A DNA stretch of 64,000 nucleotides from Chrysomallon squamiferum (GCA_012295275.1 CM022665.1:30566001-30630000); one strand, 5' to 3'; shown: positions 1 to 15,300, counted from the first letter of the stretch. Translations and numbers: made by a program. Notes: a model not told the origin generated them from the letters alone.

Positions 1-800
1 ATAGAACTGAGCTGTCAAAACGTTTTGTAAAAATGGAGAAAAAAACCAAACAAACAACACACACACACACATATATATATATATTAAAACAACAATAACT
101 GGCTAAAAACATATAAGAATATGTGGCACTATAATACGCGGAGAGTGAGACTGACAGAAACAGGCAGACAGAGATAGAGGGATAGAAAGAAAAAAATAAC
201 AACAGAAACCCCAACAACAGCAATAATGTACAACGAACGAAAATGCTGGAAACATCAAGAGATTCTTTAAAAATAGTTACGAGAGGATAAAGACTCCTTT
301 CGATTATTTAAAGTTATTTGTCTGAAGGTGACAAAGATTTAATTTAAATGGACCAGAGGATGCAATTTCACTAGAATATATCCGCTTCTCAAATAAGTAG
401 TTTAGTGTCTAAGTATATCATAGGAATTATAGGAATTAGTGTTAAATTGGGGAAAAACTATGAGAGTGACTCAGAAGCAGTATATATCTATGAGTGTGTC
501 AGCAGCTATACTTACCTTTATTTTGTCAATAACTTGACGTAACAATGTTTTTAAGTCAAGCAATGGATAAAAAGAATAGTCGCCTTACGTTTTCTTGAAT
601 CATTATAATACTTTGTTTTTAGAAAAGATTAATCGCCACAGTAATTATACAAATTAATTACTTGGAAATATATTTAAAAAAAAATAATAAAGGTTTGATT
701 ACTAATAATTGCTGTTACTTTTTGAAGGATCTTACTTATACTTGATCAAAAAATCACAGATGGAAAAAACACAGAAATTAAATAAAAATGTTAATCTTAC

Positions 801-1903
801 TGATCGCCATGTTGAAACGGGAGATATGCAGATCCTGAAGCAGAACTTGCGATGACGGTTCCTGTGCATTCAAATCTATTCTGTGCTGGGCTGTTTTTGT
901 CGATACCAGTACACGCATTTGATTGGAATAATCTCACAACCCCTCCTGAAGAAAAAAATAACAACCCCAAAACCACATTAAAAACACAATAAGTAAAGTA
1001 TTCAAAAGTCAAAGGCTAAAAGACACGACGTTAACTTTTGTGAAAGGAGATTAGGAAAGGCTATAACTACACACCAATAAGTTTTAATATATAAATTTAT
1101 TTAAGTAATTTACTGACTTGGTCTATCTGTCTATTTGTCTGATTGTCTGTCTTATGTATAAAGAACTATGAACGTATTGAAGTACGTGTACATTATGTAT
1201 GTGTGTGTGTGCGCGCTTGCGTTTTGTAAGTGAAACCTTCTTAAAAACAAACAAGAACATTCTTATTATGATTATATAGTAATACCTCTTTTCAAGTTGA
1301 TTGTCACACTGCTGCTTATAACTCCAATCTTTGAGCCAGTGAGGTAAGATAGCTTTGTGCCTCCACCTTTTTGAAAATCAGATGAAAATTTGTACGACAT
1401 TGTCAGTGGATTTTTAATGTTAGACCACGACGTGGGCTCTGTCGACTGGAATAACGGCGTCTCCGTGACATCATTTGCGTCTGCTATTTTGAATAGTTCA
1501 TCGTACAAATTGGGTTTATCTAAAACTGAAGTTTTAAAGGAAAAAAAATGTAAATAAAAAGAAGAAGAGCATCATAAATATTATCTGCAAGTTAACATCT
1601 ACAATAACAACAACAATAATAATAACAACTACAGCAACAGCAACAACAGCAACAACAATATAATTAATAATATTAATAATTTCGAGATAATGACGCGCCC
1701 TTGTTAGCAACATATTAATATAAAACGTAAATTTTTACTAAATATTGTAATGAACAGCATACAGAGAGTTAAAGAAAAGGTACCAGATACTTAGAAAAAA
1801 AAAACAATTTGCGATTTGGAGTTTTTAAATTATTATTATAATTATCATTATTATTTTATATTTAGTCACTTATGAAAATAAATTGTTCTAAAAATATAAA
1901 ACA

Positions 1904-1942
<39 letters not shown>

Positions 1943-4597
1943 CTAAGGAATAAAATAAATTCAGTCGCCAAAAAATAAAAAATAAAATTTACAGAGTTTA
2001 GAAAATTTATAAACTTACTGTTTTCGCAGTTTACACCATTAAAGCCAGTCGCACACACACAGTTTTCAAACAAACCATCTCCACCGCAGGTTCCCGGGTA
2101 ACAGCGAGTGCTGTCACTACGCCACGAACAGGCCTCTGTAAACGAATTAATTAAGTAATTAATACTTAACACATTTTTACACTATACAGTCATTAAACAG
2201 CAGCTGTGTGATACGTGTACAGAATGGGAAACTCGCTGAATCAGACGGTGAGTACAATTACCAGTTAGCAATTCGTAATCTTTAAACAAAAAAATTCAGT
2301 AGATAGGAAACCGCAAACAATGGCTTCAGGAGTGTATTTGCTTTAACTAGAAATAACATGTTGAACAACTAACATCTTTATGAGTCACAAGCAACCAAAA
2401 TATAAATCGCAATCTTCTGTAAATGAATTTCAGTGATTAATCTTGCAGGACCTTTCTTCTTTTGAACTTATTACTTATTTCTCTCCTTTAACTAGATGAC
2501 TGGCTTTTCAACGACCGTCGTATGCATTTTCCTATCTTGGGAACAGAAGCAAGAAGAGAAGACAGATATGATAAACCCGGTAATTAGTTTGAAAAAAAAA
2601 AAAGCAATAGCAATAATTAAATTTAAAAAGAAAGGAATAAAGAGAAAATGAACTTATTATCATTATCCAAATCTCAAAAATCATTTGCTAAATCAATGAG
2701 AATAAATCCCCTTTATTTTAAATAAATAGGAATATTAATTTTAGAAAATCAGAGTCATTTTGAAAGCTTTTTTTAGAAACATGCACTTCATTACAAGTAA
2801 TGTGTTGCTGTTTTGAAAACACCCAACAGCATCAGAATGCATAACATATACAAAGGCAGGAGATCTGGCTTTTAAGCACTGAATCAGATTATAGCACTAA
2901 GATACACTGACTTGAACAGCTTTTTCCTCCATTTGTCTTCACATAAGCTCTCTTCCCTATCAGATCCTGGTATGTGTGCTGACACCAGGAACACGTCTGA
3001 TCAGATGAAGTTGTACACGTCTCCAAGTCACAATTGTCAATGGAGCGACACACTGGAAAATCAAATGTTTAAAAATTATGTTATGAGACATTGAATACTG
3101 ATGACACGCGGATGTAACTATTCTTTCAGGTTTCCTTATATATAAGCACACACATGCACACACAAGTGGGTTTTCTGTTCGGGGAGTTCTGTTGTTTTGT
3201 GTGTGTTGTGCGCGCGCGTAATAATGTTATTTATTTACTATATGTCATTTCATTTTTGTTGGCTGAACGAACAATTTTCCTCTCTAACGGAAATCATTTG
3301 TTCTGGAATGTTATATCTAACAAGACGATAGCGTTCATCCTTTTCTCAAATCTAGATCTAGATGATTAAAATGAAAAGACGGATAATTTCACAAATACGA
3401 AATCATTTTTAAAAAACGAAATAGTTTCTCTTTTTTATTTCTTAAAAAAAAAAATCGTCATTATTATTAATATTACCATCATTATTATTAACATTATCAT
3501 CATCATTATTACTGCAGAACACAATGTATGGAAGCAAACATCTTAATGTTGAATATTATGTCCACCGTAATAATGTCGTCTCCTTTTTTTTTTTTTCTTC
3601 AATTTTTTTTTTTTTTTTTTTGCTGTTTTGAATTCGACCGTTCATACTTACTGTCACAGAATCCAGCCTCTCCGTATTTTTGTTTACATTTGGTTGCAGG
3701 GAAGAAACCTACGTTGCAGTTTTCACACTTTTCACTGGCCGTGCATGTTCCACCGCTATACATCTGAACATTCCCATTTTTATACACGATGTGACTAAAC
3801 AGAAAGACCTTATTACAGCCCTCGCTTTCTTCTCTGTTCCCTCCACACAGAGCTGTAGATAAATCAGGAAAAGCATAAAGTAATTTTCATGTGAATAATT
3901 CAGTACAGTAAAAGAAAGAATGCTGACATATGAAAAAAAAAAAATTTTAAATATTAATATATATATATTTTTTTTAAAGCACAATTAATAAGTAGAAAAA
4001 ACCAACAACCTACAACAAACAATCTAATTTGCTAACTAAATAAATACTAAATATAAAAAATCTACCTGATTAAATAAATATTTATAATGAAATATATTCA
4101 AAAATGAATAGAGAAAAAGGATCAAAAATGAAATATTTGTAGAATATGTAGTTGTTAAAAAGTAAATGTTTCTTTTTTAATATATAACAGATGCATTGGC
4201 AAAATATAACATAACACCTGTAAAAACAATATTTTCAAAATTATAACGAATATTTGCTACTGTTGTAATATTTAATGGCGGAACGTATTTCCTCATATCA
4301 CCTGCTTTTAAAATAGATAATTTTCTGATTCAGGTGTTAGGAAATCGACTGAAAAGCTATATTTAGATTTCAGATCCCATGGTTAATTAGTAGCCAGTAG
4401 TATGAATCGTCTGTATAAGTACAGAATATTATTAAAATGGAAACAAAGGAAAAAACAGTTTACTTGGAGAACTGCTAGATAACGTTTTTGACAAATTGTC
4501 GTCATCATCAGGAATCCAGCAGTCACAGCCGTAATAATATTCGTATCCTGGTACAATTTCTTCACTGCTTACTCTCACCTTCAAAATTAAAACACAT

Positions 4598-4641
<44 letters not shown>

Positions 4642-5280
4642 TATTTGTTTTATTTTTGTTTGGTGGGAAGGTTAGAAGACTGATACAAACACAGATAGGT
4701 AGACAGGTAGGTAGATAGATAAATAGAAATATACTAACTGACTGACTGTTAGATAGATAGGCAGACACAGACAGATAGAAAGATAGACAGTCAGACAGAC
4801 AGGAAAGCTGATATAGAATCAGACAGAGAGATAAATTCGATCAGACAGTAAATTACGTAGACAGACAGTAAGTTAAGAAAATGATTAAACGTATTTGCAG
4901 TTATTTAATGGACACATCTCAGTATTTGTATTAGTTTAATGCATAATGAAAATGCTTTATTAATTTATTTGTTTATTTGTTTATTTATTTATTTATTTAT
5001 TTATTAGATTGATTGTTTGTTTTTTTGTTTGTGTATTTATATATTTACCAATACTAACATTATCTAGAAGCCAACCAGCAGCCATGTTTTCATTGTTATG
5101 ACTTATGATAATGTACTTTATTGGTCCAACAGTCCTGCTTTTTAACTGAAAGTAAAGTAAAATAAATAAATAAATAAACATTGCAAAGTCGCCTTATGGA
5201 TGTTAAAATAAAATGAAAAATGTCATATTTTGTTACTATCAAAAATTGGTTACGAAGTTACAAAAACAACATAACAACAT

Positions 5281-5319
<39 letters not shown>

Positions 5320-6685
5320 AATAATAATAATAATAATAATAACAACAACAAAAAAACATTATACATTACGTAAAATGTACGGGTGCTATCTTGTTCGAAC
5401 TCGTCAGACAAACGTAAGTTCCCTGTATCTCCGAGAGGACCGAAGATACGAATGTAAACTGTGGCAGCTGTTCCTGCAAATATCTTATCCGCTGTTGTTA
5501 CTTTAACAACGTATTCAACAGTTTCACCTGTAATTAAAAGTGTAATATGCTAATATACATACACACACACACACACAGTCACACACATGCATAATGTGTA
5601 TTATTGTTGATATTATTTACTGAGTCAAGGAGAAAGAGAGATAAAGATAGGAACATATATAAAGATAAACACATACAGAAAGATTTGCATATACGTGTAT
5701 ATGGTTCTTCTTCTTCTTTTTGTTTAAAGTTTATACACAACGAACCTAATGAAATATTAGATAAATAACAGATAGTACTGATGTAATTTTTGCTAATGGT
5801 CAGATTTTACTAGTTGTTATAAGGTAAAAAGGCCTTGGATCCGGAGAAAATTAATGTTGAAGGCTCACTGAACTATTCCAACAGAAAACTATAAAGTTCT
5901 GAGAGAGAAAAAAAACTGAGATTCGTCTCATATATAGATTTATAACAATATTTATAAATTTAGTCTGAAAATATTGTAACTTTGACAGTTAAGGAAAAAG
6001 ATTAAGCATAAAACATTGCAAATTATTGATTTGCTCGTAGGAGTACGATTCGGGGGTCGGAGATAAGACAGTGGCAGATTATGCCAAAGCAAATTCGAAC
6101 TGGTATTTATATACTTTGACTTTATACGGCTTGGAGTCAGTAATATACGAAACCACTGAAACATTAGAATATTATTCGAAGCTGGGTGCTAGCAATAACA
6201 AAATTTCAGACTGCACCGGCTCGGAAGTGACAGCCATTGCCTCGTGTTTTATCATTCTGTGTGATGTTTTTTTTTTTTTTTTTTCTAGGTGTTTTTGTTC
6301 AGTTCATTTTATTTTTTTAGTTTTACCCTTGTCCTGTCATAAAGATGTACTCACTGTTAGAACATGGTTGTCCACAGGTTTTTCCCATGAAACTGAAAAA
6401 GAAAAAACAATATTTATTATCGCGTTTTGGTAATAATTAAATTTAATTTAGACATATTACTATAGTTCATATTTAAAGAATGTCTTAACATGCACCCTCC
6501 TCTATAATGTCCGCAATTTACGACATCAACAAAATAAACTGTATCATTATATCCAAAATCTATTGTTTCTACTTCAAAAAAAAAAACACAATTTCATTTC
6601 GAATTTGATTTTAAAAATATTTTTTATTTTCCGGACATTCATTAGAATAACAAACAAAATAAATATCCAAAAAGCCAATAAAAAA

Positions 6686-6720
<35 letters not shown>

Positions 6721-7662
6721 AATAAAGTAAAATAATAAAAAAAGAAAACAAAAAACTCCCAACAACAAAAACACAAAAACAAACAAAACAAACAACACCA
6801 CACAAAAAAAAAACCCTTTATTTATAACTTGCAATCAGTCTGGTAATATTACTATTATACAGATTACAAAGCTTTTTTTTTTTTCTTAACAAAGATTCAT
6901 TAAATATTGTCTAACGACATAAAATGCTAGCTTAAAACAACAACTACGACGATGATTACCAAGTTTAGGTAAAGATCTTTTCTACCAATTTATTGTTAAT
7001 TAGTTAATTTTTATTTATAAATATGTCTTAATCAATGCGCCGTTAGTAATTTTTGGCATTTCTTAATTACTGTTTGTAACGACTGTGGCATGCTAACAAG
7101 ATTTGTACGAATCCTTTCTAGGTGCATACAAATGTATCCATCCACAATTTTTTGATTCCAGTATATGACACTGAACTCTCCTGATTTATGTGCCAAACAA
7201 ACAAACAAAATAAATAAATACATAAATAATAAAAATAAAAAATATAAATAAATAAATAAAAATTAAATAAATAAATATAATCCTTTCTATGATCTATATG
7301 AATCTGTACACATTATTTTTCTCTCATTATTAAGATGCATTTTTTGCATGTGGTTGTATTTCCGACAACAAAACAAACAAATGAATACATAGTTGCGTGT
7401 TAATACTGTTTTCATTAATAAAGATCGGTTATCATTTGGATTAAATGCAACAGAAATAAGTTTGAAATATACTATGTATTCACGAATATGTATGTATACG
7501 TATTCACCAATATGTTCTCCGCAAATAAGACACTCGTAAAAATTCACGGATAAAAATCCATTTAACATTTGTCTTATTGAAGCCTTTTATTATTTTGTTA
7601 TTATTATTATTATTGTTGTTATTATTGTTATTATCATTATTATCCTCCTCATTATCATTTTC

Positions 7663-7706
<44 letters not shown>

Positions 7707-7810
7707 AATAAAATATATTAAAGATGAATATTTACATCTCTTTAAAAGTCAGTCACTACTTACCCCAAAATTAATGTTACAGATAAAAAATAATATCTGC
7801 ACATATTCAT
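801..7810 (-). CDS. Gene A (5' part; continues beyond the left edge): predicted secreted protein, signal peptide + PLAT/LH2 + Cys-rich/EGF-like region; paralog of gene C
   Basis: GT-AG exons joined in frame: 7810-7764, 6392-6355, 5527-5370, 5145-5059, 4578-4464, 3852-3652, 3052-2912, 2135-2019, 1525-1286, 945-801. Translation starts MNMCRYYFLSVTLILGFMGKTCGQPCSNSETVEYVVKV and later includes ACSWRSDSTRCYPGTCGGDGLFENCVCATGFNGVNCE and PNLYDELFKIADANDVTE, both clearly homologous to gene C exons. Confidence 0.85.
4464..5527 (-). CDS. PLAT/LH2 domain of gene A (three exons)
   Basis: ETVEYVVKVTTADKIFAGTAATVYIRIFGPLGDTGNLRLSDEFEQDSTRTFY / LKSRTVGPIKYIIISHNNENMAAGWLLDN / VRVSSEEIVPGYEYYYGCDCWIPDDD matches the PLAT consensus Y.V.V.T....AGT.A.V.I.L.G..G.T...F...HDN....GW.L..V.V....Y.F.C..W, recalled from LOXHD1, lipoxygenase and PKD1-type PLAT domains. 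Confidence 0.85.
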
Positions 7811-9330
7811 TCTGCATTCGCGTGGGTCCATTTTACTTTACACTTATTTTTGATCAGAAAAATATTGATTGCTTCAACTCTGTTATAACCACCTAGCATG
7901 TCCATTCAACCGTCTGTGGATAGAGGTACGAAAAACATGTTTTTCTCCCGTGAAACTGCATTATTATTGTTTTGCATTGTTGTGAACCATGAAGCATTTG
8001 GTTGGTTTGTTAATACAATGGACTATATACGCTCTTGTCGATACTTGTTCCTATCAAGGTCATGGTCTAGTATTTACATTCTTATAAATCCCCAATTATA
8101 TGGGTTCAGATATATCTGACATGGTCATGAATTCTTCTAAGGTCAGCTGATGGGTTCATAGCAGATCAAAAGTGGTTAAACTGTGTAGATGAACTTGCAG
8201 CTTAACTGAGTAATTAAATAAATAAAATATCATTTGTTGATCTGTCATCTTAGGAAATAGGCTTTCAGGTAAAACATTGTGGATAGAGGTACGAATTAAT
8301 TAGCATTCTGCAACCAATTGTTTCATAATGTGTCCGTTGTCCTTCCATTGACAGTGTTGACAGTCTTAAAACTCGATCACGTCTGTTACAAACGTCATTT
8401 AAGACTTCCTTTACCAACGGTATTTAGGTTGACGTAATAGTCTGAAGGAGAAAATATTTATATTCAAACGCTTATTTGCTTCCCTCATGGAAAATACCGA
8501 AAAATCTTAAACTTTAAAGAGATTTAAGAACTGAACTCTGGAAATACTTAAGTATGCATACACTGTTAGGTTTAATCCTATGTTTTATAGAAGGAACTTA
8601 ACAAGAATAACGCCACTGCAAAAGGTCTCAGAGAATATCCCTGTGTAACACCTTTCTGTCAACTAAGTTAGTGAAGAATTACGCGTATAGATTATCTAAT
8701 TTTTCTGTTTTGGACTGTTACAAGAGGGAACTTATAAAAGCCTAGCATATTTTGAGATATTCTGTAACAATAGATGAAGTAACATACTACATGGATTAAC
8801 ACTTTTATCAAAGTGCACTCTTTAAATAATGTTGAGTACTTGCATCCTCTGTGTTAAGCTTTATACTGGTTATAGAAGTACAATGAATTATCCAGTGAAG
8901 TTAAACTCATTTATTAATACGTATCATTTTCACAGCTTCCGAAGGGTGCACAATCGCCCGGGTTGAAAATCGCAAATGATTATAATTATTTATCTGACAT
9001 AAACCGATTTTCATAACCAGTAGCTTAACATCTATAGCTAAGAAAGAAAGCTGTTGCTAACTGTAAAATCTTCTCTTTTTTTTTTCTGGAAAATGTACAA
9101 GCCGATTTGGAGAAGGATTAATTTAAATAGACAATTATTTAAATTGAAGTTAGATTATTTTCAGAGTCATTTTTCACACTGATATTCAATTAAGAGAGAT
9201 ATTGCGATTGGTGAATGGAGATCACAGTTTCAGACAGTGTTTATGTGACTCGTTTATCAAAGGCTGCAGTTTGAGTTTTCGTGTGTTTGGGAAGGTTTTA
9301 TAAAAGATCTCTTTCTGCTAATCGGAAACA

Positions 9331-9334
<4 letters not shown>

Positions 9335-9397
<63 letters not shown>
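9335..9397. repeat. (CT)n microsatellite
   Basis: Perfect CT run. Similar runs at ~25626-25699 and ~30574-30622. Confidence 0.95.
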
Positions 9398-9406
<9 letters not shown>

Positions 9407-10911
9407 CATAAACAAAATTGACTGGGATATTAAATGTTCGTCTGTTTATATTTGTTTTTCTGTTTTGTTTATTGTTATAACTGTTTACGCCAGTATATCA
9501 GATCTTTGTTAATTTGGTCTATGTATTATTAATGTCCTTCTTTTATTTATTTGTTGATAATTAGACTCAGATCAACGCAGACCCATTCTAAATTGTTTGA
9601 TTCATTAATTCACGACATCAAATCAACATAATTATAACAATTAAATAAGTGAAAGGCGCCAGGTCTGAATTTGAGACTTGTAACACCTTCGCCATTCAAG
9701 CGACATCATTCTGAAAATTACATACTTTTCTTTTTTGAATGTAAATAAATATTTTACATGAAACGTAGTTATCTTTTGTTTGTCCAGTGAAAGTAATACT
9801 GAGTTAATAAATCTTGGTTAGACATTTTACATGTAAAATAAAATTTAATAACAGCTTAATGAAAAAAGAAATATTTGGAAAGACATTTACTGTACATATA
9901 CTGCTTGAATTAAATTTTCATGCATATATTTACAGATACTCAAAATGTATCATATATCTATTTAAAAAGAAAACAGAAGGTATATTATTCCAGATATTTA
10001 ATTCAGATAACGAGGAAACGTTTTAATTTTCACAGTATTCCTCTTTATTTCGGTGCAGTTATGCATCTTGTAACATTAATATTGAGAGCATAAATAATAG
10101 TTCTGTATTTAGGGAAAATGATTTAGTAATGGCATATGTATAGTTTTCGTTCACTCAGGATACAATCGATCCAAACAATACAAAACATTAATTATTCGTT
10201 TGTGTTAAGCATGCAACATAATTTGTTGAATTTCATACGCGAATGTTGGGAGGAAGAGTTGATGCACCATTTTTTAATTTTTAATTTTTTTTTAATTATT
10301 ATTATTGTTATTATTTTATATCTTCAACAATAACAAGCTTCACCTCCACATTTTCTAAAATTCTTGATCCGCCTCTATAAAAAGAACGATTATAATTATT
10401 CCTTATCGAAGTCGAATCATAATCCGTTAACGAATAAATTATAATCTCCATTGTTAACCATTAAATCCATCTTACGGATAAGACAAGTTCTACAGTCATT
10501 ATTTTCAGGCTAGTTCACTATTTTACAGTTTAGTTTTGATTTTTAAATTAGTTTGAATTGTCAGCTAAAATAAAATATTTTAAACATTTATAAAGTAGCA
10601 TATTATTAAAGTAAACAGTATTGTATATAAACGTTTAAAATATATATATATATATAATATATAAAAAAAATGAACTTGCTGTCACGAGAGATAGCAAAGA
10701 GAAGCTGAAGAAATAAGTAAATGAATATTAGAATATTAATGTTGCATTATTTAAACGAATTCTATTTACCGAATCACACACATACCCATCCACACACACA
10801 CACACACGCCACCATTCATAGTTATATGTATTTATGTGTAATATAAGATTTTATTTGTGATTATGTACAGTATATAATAATAAATGTTATATCAGTAGAA
10901 TTATTTTTAAA

Positions 10912-10952
<41 letters not shown>

Positions 10953-11086
10953 CAACAACAACAACAACAATAATAAAAGGGATATATATATGTGGATATG
11001 CATATGGGTTGTAAGTATGTTTATTTATCTCAACTTAAGTCGATAAAGGGGCGAATCAAGGCGCGTTCGCGATATTTATGACCGGC

Positions 11087-11144
<58 letters not shown>

Positions 11145-11713
11145 TGCGTGTATGTGTGTATGTGTGTGTTTCCACATATAATGATAATCCCCATTGTTCT
11201 GAAATACTGATACAGCCAGTCAGAATGTTTTCAATCATTCTGAGACCATAAGAAATAAGAAATAAACAAAGCTAGTGTCTAATTAACCTGACACGTCTAG
11301 GAACACTTACTGGGCACTCTGATATGGATATAATGAAATTTTAAGGATCAACGACTTCCACTAACATGTCACAACGTATAGCGTTGATTTCTTTACCAAC
11401 AGCTTAGGGTTACTCACAACGTGAAGAAGTCGAGATCGTTTATTCACTTCAAAACACTAATATTAACTGACATTTAAAACCTCATATAATAATTATCGGC
11501 CTTGAAAGAAGAATTTTATTCGTTATGGGGCATCGAGATAATCTTAATGGCAGCATTGAAAACAATAAATAATATTATTGTTATAGGTAAAAGAAAAAGT
11601 TAAGAAAACAAAAATGTCCCAGAATAAACGATAATAGTATTTTATCATTATTATTACTGCTCCCACAGTAACAAACGTAATTACGACAAAAACAAAAACA
11701 ACAACTACGAAAA

Positions 11714-11752
<39 letters not shown>

Positions 11753-12346
11753 TAGACCACTACTGCAGTCACTACTATTACGATTACTACTACTACTACT
11801 ACTATTACTACTACAGTAACTGGTAGTATAATTATTATACTACCACTGCAATTTATTACTATACCATCATTTCTACTACAACCATTACCATGATTATTAC
11901 TATTACATCCACCGCTAAGATTATAACTACTATTACAGTTAGAAGTAATAGTATTATTAATAATAATAACATGATTGTATACTACTAAAACAAAACAAAA
12001 ATAAATAAAATAAAAAAAATAATAATAAAAATAAAATAAAATAAATATAATAATTCTTATCAAATGAACACAATATAAGAGAGAGAGATTAAATTAATTT
12101 TATACAGAAAGCAGTTAAATTATTTTTAAATAGATAATTCTGAATAATATAAAAACAGCACTGATGATGCTGAAATAAATAACTTCATCACCTATAAAAG
12201 GATTTTAATCTGAATATTGTTATATAACTGCAGTAGGGTTTTTTAGGGGGAGGGTTGTTTGTTGTTTTTTCATTTTGATGTAAATTAATTTCAATCTAAA
12301 TCAATGTCCCAAGTTCATTTGTTCACTACGGTGATAATTTTGTGTT

Positions 12347-15300
12347 TCACTTTCTGGGTCGCCTCTTGCCTGGTTTGTTTTTTCTAACGTCTGACTGAGG
12401 TTCCTTTGCATTTTTACAAGCTAGAAAATTCAATACGTCCATGTGAGTAAGAGGATCGTATTCTCTAAAGAATGTTTCTGAAGGATCACGAGGTAACATG
12501 AAGGCATGACGAGAAGCCGATATGGCTCTTTGGCTAAATTCACTGGTATTACCGGTTTCACTTTGTAATAATAGTTGTGGGTAATCCTCGATGATTTCTG
12601 TATCTTTAGAAATATTATCTGAACCTGTCGGTGAAATTTTAATGGGTTTGAGTTTAGAATTAATGGTAATACTTTCTGGCCTTGTTTCTTCTATTTTAAT
12701 ACTAGCTCTTGGCTTCGGTTCGTCTGGTCTTTGAGTGAAGGTTTTGGATCCAGGTAAAACAAAGGACTGACCTTTTTGTTGCAATTCTTCCTCGTTTTTC
12801 ATTACAGAAATTTGCAATTCCTGAAGCTGTTCTTCGTTCATCCTCTTGATGCTTGTTGTGTTGGTTTCGTTATACGGACTGTCTCGCAAAGCATCTAATA
12901 AACTGTTCTTATCTTTTGCATTTACAAAATGACGACTACGTAACATCTTTGAAGATTTGACAAAATGAAAGTTTTCTTCAACAGACAGAGGATTATTTTT
13001 ATATTTTTCATAGTATTTATCTGTTTCATCATAGTACGGAAATAGAAACATTCGGCTTTTCCTTGCATTAGCTGCCTCTTTCTCTATTTCTTTCTCTGCT
13101 GCTTTCTCAGCCTCTTTTTCTTCATCAGTCTTCTTATTGCCATCAGTGGTTACGGTAAGTGAAAGTATCCTAGAGTTACCGGCTGATGTTTCCCCAGTTC
13201 GTTCTTTGTCACTCCGCATCTTGCCATTGTCTCTCTGTGCTAACAGAGCTAATGTGACGTCATTAAATTGTTGTTCCTGAAAGGTGACGTGATATTCCGA
13301 ACATTGTTTGTCACTGCTGTCTTTTGAAAACGAATGCTTGCAGTTCTCACATATTGGTGAAGGCACTGAGTTTATCCACTTCATTACTAACAAAAAAATA
13401 ATGGTGAAAATTTATCTGTCTTGAGAATTTTGACACAAAACATCTTCGCGATATTTTTAACAGTAAAAAAATATATATTACCCTTAATATAAAAGGAAAA
13501 GGATTTTTTAAACTAATTTATTTTTTATTTTTTTGTTGTTGTTTTCTTTTAAATCTTATAATTCATATTGCATGCGTTTAAAATAACTGAATAATAACAA
13601 ACAAACTGGATTATTTATTATCTGAAAATATCTCAATGTGAACTTACGGCTGTAAATAGCAGATCTTTGACTTGCAGCTTTCTCGCTTATTGTTCCAGTA
13701 ATTACAATATTTTCAACTTCAAGACTGTTAATGTCGATATATTTCAGCTTTCGGTTTGTCTGTGAAAAACAAAAATAGAAAGGTAACATTCACAAAATTG
13801 TTGTTCATATTTTGCTACTCTAACAGTGTCACTGGAATCAGGTGTAATCCTGTTTTATAGAATTCCAGTTAAATTCATCTTTGTTTATTATTATTATTAT
13901 TATTAATTAATTAATATATTTATTTATTATTAAATTATATTTTACATCTGTACAATAAACAGCATAAATAATTATTTTTTTTATCTTCCCAGCAATTGCT
14001 TTATTTTTTCAACTTTTGTTAACATTAAAGCATGATGATATTGAGTTTTTCAGTTTATCAGGTTTTTCCTTTTCCTTTATTTAATTTTATTTTTATTTAT
14101 TTTTATTAAAAAAATATTCTTATATAAGAAAAAATACTGAGAAAAAAAGAAAAGAAAAGAAAGAAGATTAAGATAACTTGTTCATAATAATAATAATAAT
14201 AGATTCATGTGTCAGATAGCGAAGAATAAATCGGTTAATTTCAACCATTATTTTCATTCACGTAACCACGCAAGTTAAAACTATAAACTTTTACTCTATA
14301 TATTGATGTGCCAACCAGTCCGCATAGAAAGCAAGGGAGACAACCTAGTATATTCGTCCAATCCCATAAGTGGTTAAATTTTGATCCGCTCGTTATGCAG
14401 AACCTGGCGCCCAGACATAGGAAGTCTTTTCTCAGCACCATCCTAGACCACTGCTCTACAGATGGACCTAAGTCAACCTTCGAAATAATATTGAAAAATA
14501 AGATACAGCATCACATATAAATATTTGTTCATTAAAGGGTATAAGATAAAATATAATGTTTGTTTACATTTCGTAAAAAATATCTTTCGCCACCTCTTCC
14601 AGATCTAAATTCCTGGGTAATAGGTTTTTAGCTGCCGCACGGTATCAAAATGTTGCACTATTTTCTAAGCATCGACAAGTGCATTTATAAAAGATAAAAA
14701 TGATGTCTCTATCTCTAGTGACAAGTGGCGCAGTTAAGCTATGGCAAGTATGGCACGTTCCCTGGGCGCCAATGAGCACTTACTATTAAACATGACTGAG
14801 AATTTTTAGTTGAGTTTTATGTTAAAGTAATCTGAAAGATGTCTGGAGAGGCGAGTAAATGCAATGCTTGACATAGGCCCTATTTTCCGTAGATACGCTC
14901 CTGGTTGTGACATTACTGATGGTTACACGTACCTCCACTGAAAATCGTTTTCCTCCCCTGAACGTTTTTCGACACTGACCAAGATTTCGCGTGAGCTGCT
15001 CAATACACGGAGAAGACGGATCAAGAAAAACAACAGTTGATACTGAAATAAAAATATATACGTGGTGTTTGTTATACAGTTTGTCAAAACCGTTTTTAAA
15101 CTATACGAATTATGCATACATATATAGAGTATGAAACTTTTTATAAAAATAACTTTCACTTTGTGTTTTTAGAAAAAACTGTACTTATAAATTACACACA
15201 CACACACACGCATACACACACATATATTTCATAATGTAGAAAAATGAAGAATAAGAATTAACATCCTATAACTGGAAAATCACTTCTAATCTTATTCGTT

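Noticed and set aside
515-620. Next exon of gene A (donor-like AAG|GTAAGT at ~515 on the minus strand)
   Set aside because: No similarity to the corresponding gene C exon (IKFSTKSENGGYV). The true next exon probably lies outside the window.
7032-7223. Extra coding exon of gene A
   Set aside because: Exon 7810-7764 already joins 6392 in phase to give a sensible signal peptide, and this ORF has no convincing splice sites or homology.
10364-11060. MITE bounded by CTTGATCCGCCTCT and AGGGGCGAATCAAG
   Set aside because: The match is imperfect and only about 14 bp, and the motifs look like ends of two separate decayed elements. Too weak to call.
11752-12063. Val/Thr/Ser-rich or hydrophobic short ORFs (also 15523-15783, 20799-21198, 6574-6834, 22656-22952, 24501-24923)
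   Set aside because: Translations of microsatellite and low-complexity tracts.
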